The notes under the pieces are model-generated. The model had not been told where the DNA came from. It searched no databases and saw only the letters and a list, made by a program, of their open reading frames with translations. A DNA stretch of 63,977 nt, counting the filler, from Atractiella rhizophila (taxonomy: Eukaryota): NCBI GenBank assembly GCA_021432655.1. It is 10 parts of 10 records of this genome, joined end to end, with 100 filler letters (N's around TTAATTAATTAA, not from the genome) between each part and the next. Parts side by side here need not be neighbours in the genome. Positions count along the whole stretch, not along the records: positions 60,748 to 62,729 come from MU272224.1; positions 62,830 to 63,977 come from MU272279.1; 8 more parts are not named here. The stretch is one strand, 5' to 3'. Both the position numbers and the translations under genes were made by a program. Positions within the stretch are counted from its first letter, which is position 1. Every line of letters starts with the position of its first letter. Below, one piece after another: positions 60,748-63,977 of the stretch.

Positions 60748-61613
60748 TCCAGACACTCCTTCCCACCTCCCTCGTCCTCTCCTCCTTCCAATTCCCCGTC
60801 GTTAGCCCTTCCCTCTCCCCCCTCCCGTCGCACTTTCCATCCATCCTTCTCCTCCTGCCATCTCCTCCACAGTCCAATACGTCACAACTCCCACCAGAGA
60901 TCCTGGAGAAGGCGGATGTGTACACTTTGCCAATTGGTGTCCCAAAAAACCTAGTGCAGGAATACGAAACGACATCGGAGAGATTGAGGAATGAGGCGAA
61001 GGGTGTCCCACTCACAGGTTCACTCGAAAAGTTCCTCGCCATGTTGAAGCAGAAGAAAGGCGGGGAAGGCGAGGGACAGAGTTTGGAGTTGTCAAAGGAG
61101 CTGTTGGAGAAGGGAGAGGCGTTGCAGAACAGGTACGATGGGCCAGTGACAATGTTTAACCTCATGCGGTTCCAAGAGGGAGAATGGGCTCGGGAGAGCT
61201 ATCACAAATATGGCAAGGTGGTTCCCTCTCTCCTTCAGTTTCTCAAACGTTTTGAATGAGTTACTTGCGCACAGGAGTTCGCTATGGTTGGAGGGAAGAG
61301 GGGAGGGCAAGCGAAGATCTTAGGTAGTGTGCTTGGCAGGAAGGACGGATGGGATGAGGTCTCGATCGTGCATTATCCGAGCATTAATCATTTTATGGAC
61401 ATGCTTTGTGGAGAGGATTATCAGGAAATTAATAGGAAGCATCGTTTGGGTGTACGTCTCCCTTCTTTCCTCGTGCTTCTTCGTATTTCCTTGTTCGATT
61501 TTTCCGAAGAGATGAGCACGAAGACTGATGTGATTATGGGGCAGGCATTGGAGGATACTCTTCTGTATTGTAGCATCGAGGTTGACTTGTTGGAGAAGAA
61601 ACCGAAATTGTAA
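60748..61613 (+). CDS. Conserved fungal DUF1330-like (dimeric alpha-beta barrel) protein, 3' part
   Basis: GPVTMFNLMRF..SYHKYGK|EF..GGQAKILGSV..WDEVSIVHYPSINHFMDML..DYQEINRKHRLG|ALEDT. Confidence 0.75.
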
Positions 61614-63977
61614 CGGAACAGTCACATGCAAATTCCAAGCTACGGATGTTGTACCGTATCATTCAATCGAGCATCGCTAAGTTCGAAAGTCGACACTTAA
61701 GTCGTTCCACACAATGGGCCGTGCTATGTATGTCCACAATAATTTGACGAAATTTCATTGGTAGAACAAACATGTTGACTAACTTTTGAGCTCTTAGACA
61801 ACAGGGAAGGCCCGTAGAATCCACTCTGTCGAATCGAGGATCCTCCCGTGCCTCAGGCTCCTCTCCTCACATCATGAATCCAATAGGCTCCTTGCTATCG
61901 ACGTTGACGCACTGAGCAGCCTGTCCTTCCCAGCTGGTCGTGATCACGGTACACACACTCTTCCAAGGTTCATGGGACCTGTTCAACAGAACGTAATATC
62001 AATTATCAGTACATCAATGACCTTCTATTTATGCGTTCAATTTCAACAGGCGGTGCGACATGTCTCCTCCTTGACCTTTCCCCGCGAAGTTTTGTGGGAA
62101 TAAAGATACAATGTTCGGACATTCTCGTTCACCATCCGCGCGGCGAAAGGTGCTATCAATTCCATCCCAAGAGCGATTCGAGTGGTGATTTCCATCTCAC
62201 GCTCTCGACCTTTGTTTATCCTGAAACTTGTTGAGATGGTTCAAGCTTCCTTAAGTGACAATGTAACTCCAGCGATAGAGGCATGATCTGATCTCTGTCT
62301 TTAGCTGCGTTCTTTCTAACATAGGCTGCAGTCCAGTGTCTTTTCTCAGGTAGTGGTTGAGCAGCAACTATCTAAGGTGCGCTGAAGAAGTCTCAAGCTC
62401 AGTCAGATGCGGCTGCACTCGTCAATCTCATCACTCTGAACGAAAGTATCACTTCTTTCCATCTCAGCATTCTTACATCCTTCCTATCTTGCCTGCCTTC
62501 GTCAATTCACACACTCCAAATTACCTTTATCTTACGACTTCGAACAGATGATTTCATCCCTCCAAGAGTGTTCTCCAAATTGGCCTACTTCTATTTCTCA
62601 CTTGAGCACCCTGAAAATGCAGCCCAAGACGATGGTGTGGCGAATCTTTGCGTCACATCCGACTACATAGGCGTCACAGTAACATTTGGGGAGGTCGATC
62701 AGCGGGCATCTATTGATGCAGCTGTGGATNNNNNNNNNNNNNNNNNNNNNNNNNNNNNNNNNNNNNNNNNNNNTTAATTAATTAANNNNNNNNNNNNNNN
62801 NNNNNNNNNNNNNNNNNNNNNNNNNNNNNCAAGTCTTCCTCTTTCGCTTTCAAACAAGATTCTTCCTTCCTTGCAAACGTTTAAGACTAGCTCCATACAC
62901 GAGGAAAGGACCGTACCTCAAGTTCACGTATTGCAGCCTCTTCAGGCCGCTCTCCAGCCGACACCTTCCCACCAAAACCATTCCACTTTCCAGTCGCAAA
63001 ACCGCGTTTTTTTAGCCCCAGAAGAACCTGGGTATCCACTAGCTCAACCTCTCGCCGAATATATGATGAGAAGATGAACGGACGCGATTTTCAGCGCGAA
63101 GTATTGGGAACACAAGAGTGTATTCATTCGCTGTCTTTGTAGGGTACCACCCTTCCGAACTGTCAGACCGAAAGATCTGGACAGCTTCTGGTTCAAACTG
63201 AGGTGGAATATTGATGTTAGGTATCATGATATGTCATACGGGTGTGGTTTTCTGCTTAAGTATTATTGAAGAAGTTGCCGGATTCAAACGGCGATGGTCG
63301 AAGATATTATCGTGACTTTGCCTCAGACGCAGAAGGAGATCACTTTGGAATTCGTTGGCTTTGAATTTGATGACCACCAGCGATATTTGGGGACGAGAAA
63401 CGTCGCAGGGATATCCACGCTGGAGCAACAGATTAAATTGTGAATGAGGTGCGCCGTTGTTTGGAAAGTCAGGGGATGGAGCGACTCTCATTATTTGACT
63501 TCCCGGATACTTCGAAACCTCAGCTCGTTAAACTTGATGGGGGACCCCTCTCAGAATGAGGGAAGTGTGACCTGATTATCAGCTCACCTCACCTTAAGCG
63601 CTTCTCGGTCTCTCTAGAAATACAACTGAAACAGCAGAGGATACGACCTGTGCTCTAAAGTGTCGATAGATCTCGCCTAGACTGGTCCCCCAGAGTATTC
63701 CTCCCTTCCTCTCTCTGCGTCCAGTCTCGCATCATTTGCGTTGCCTGAATTGGAAATTCTCACCCTCTCAATCTTCTCAGTAGCCTATTTTTATGGCGCA
63801 GCTGTCCTCCCAGTATGGTTCCTATTTTCGACTTATGTATCCAGCTTTATTTAGTGAAGAATATCTGTCTCCGATTGGAGCATACGTCTAGGACCAGCTG
63901 CAACTGGCATGGTCTACATTGGAAAGCATTGTCAAGGAGTGTGACTACGATCACGTTAAAGCTTCAACCGAGCTGAG

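Noticed and set aside
62830..63977. Minus-strand ORF fragments as a gene
   Set aside because: Multiple stops and no recognisable domain.

Overview
Eukaryotic, intron-rich DNA with short (~40-60 nt) GT-AG introns and gene content typical of a basidiomycete fungus; the taxon is inferred. The window is not contiguous. It consists of 10 pieces (seven of ~8 kb in decreasing size order, then shorter ones) joined by artificial 100-nt N/TTAATTAATTAA/N linkers, so no synteny can be inferred across linkers. Recognisable genes are a stand-alone TPR-repeat protein, two partial cytochrome P450s, a CUE3/ASCC2-like gene, a DHA1-type MFS transporter, a C2H2 transcription factor, a Psr1-like NIF phosphatase, RSE1/SF3B3, a GCN4/CPC1-like bZIP with two uORFs, a Cdc4/Mlc1 myosin light chain, two DUF6534-like membrane proteins and a DUF1330-like protein. 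Transposon debris includes a TIR-bounded hAT element and pogo, Ty3/gypsy and Helitron fragments. The most striking structure is two segments next to 25-N gaps (8850-11648 and 52880-54848) that are written backwards without complementation, almost certainly a gap-filling artefact. Decoding them recovers a 359-codon CUE3 5' ORF invisible to six-frame translation, an apparently allele-specific solo LTR, and the far-upstream region of GCN4. The best genuinely biological lead is a 1034-nt hairpin-rich intron with a candidate poison exon in the splicing factor RSE1.
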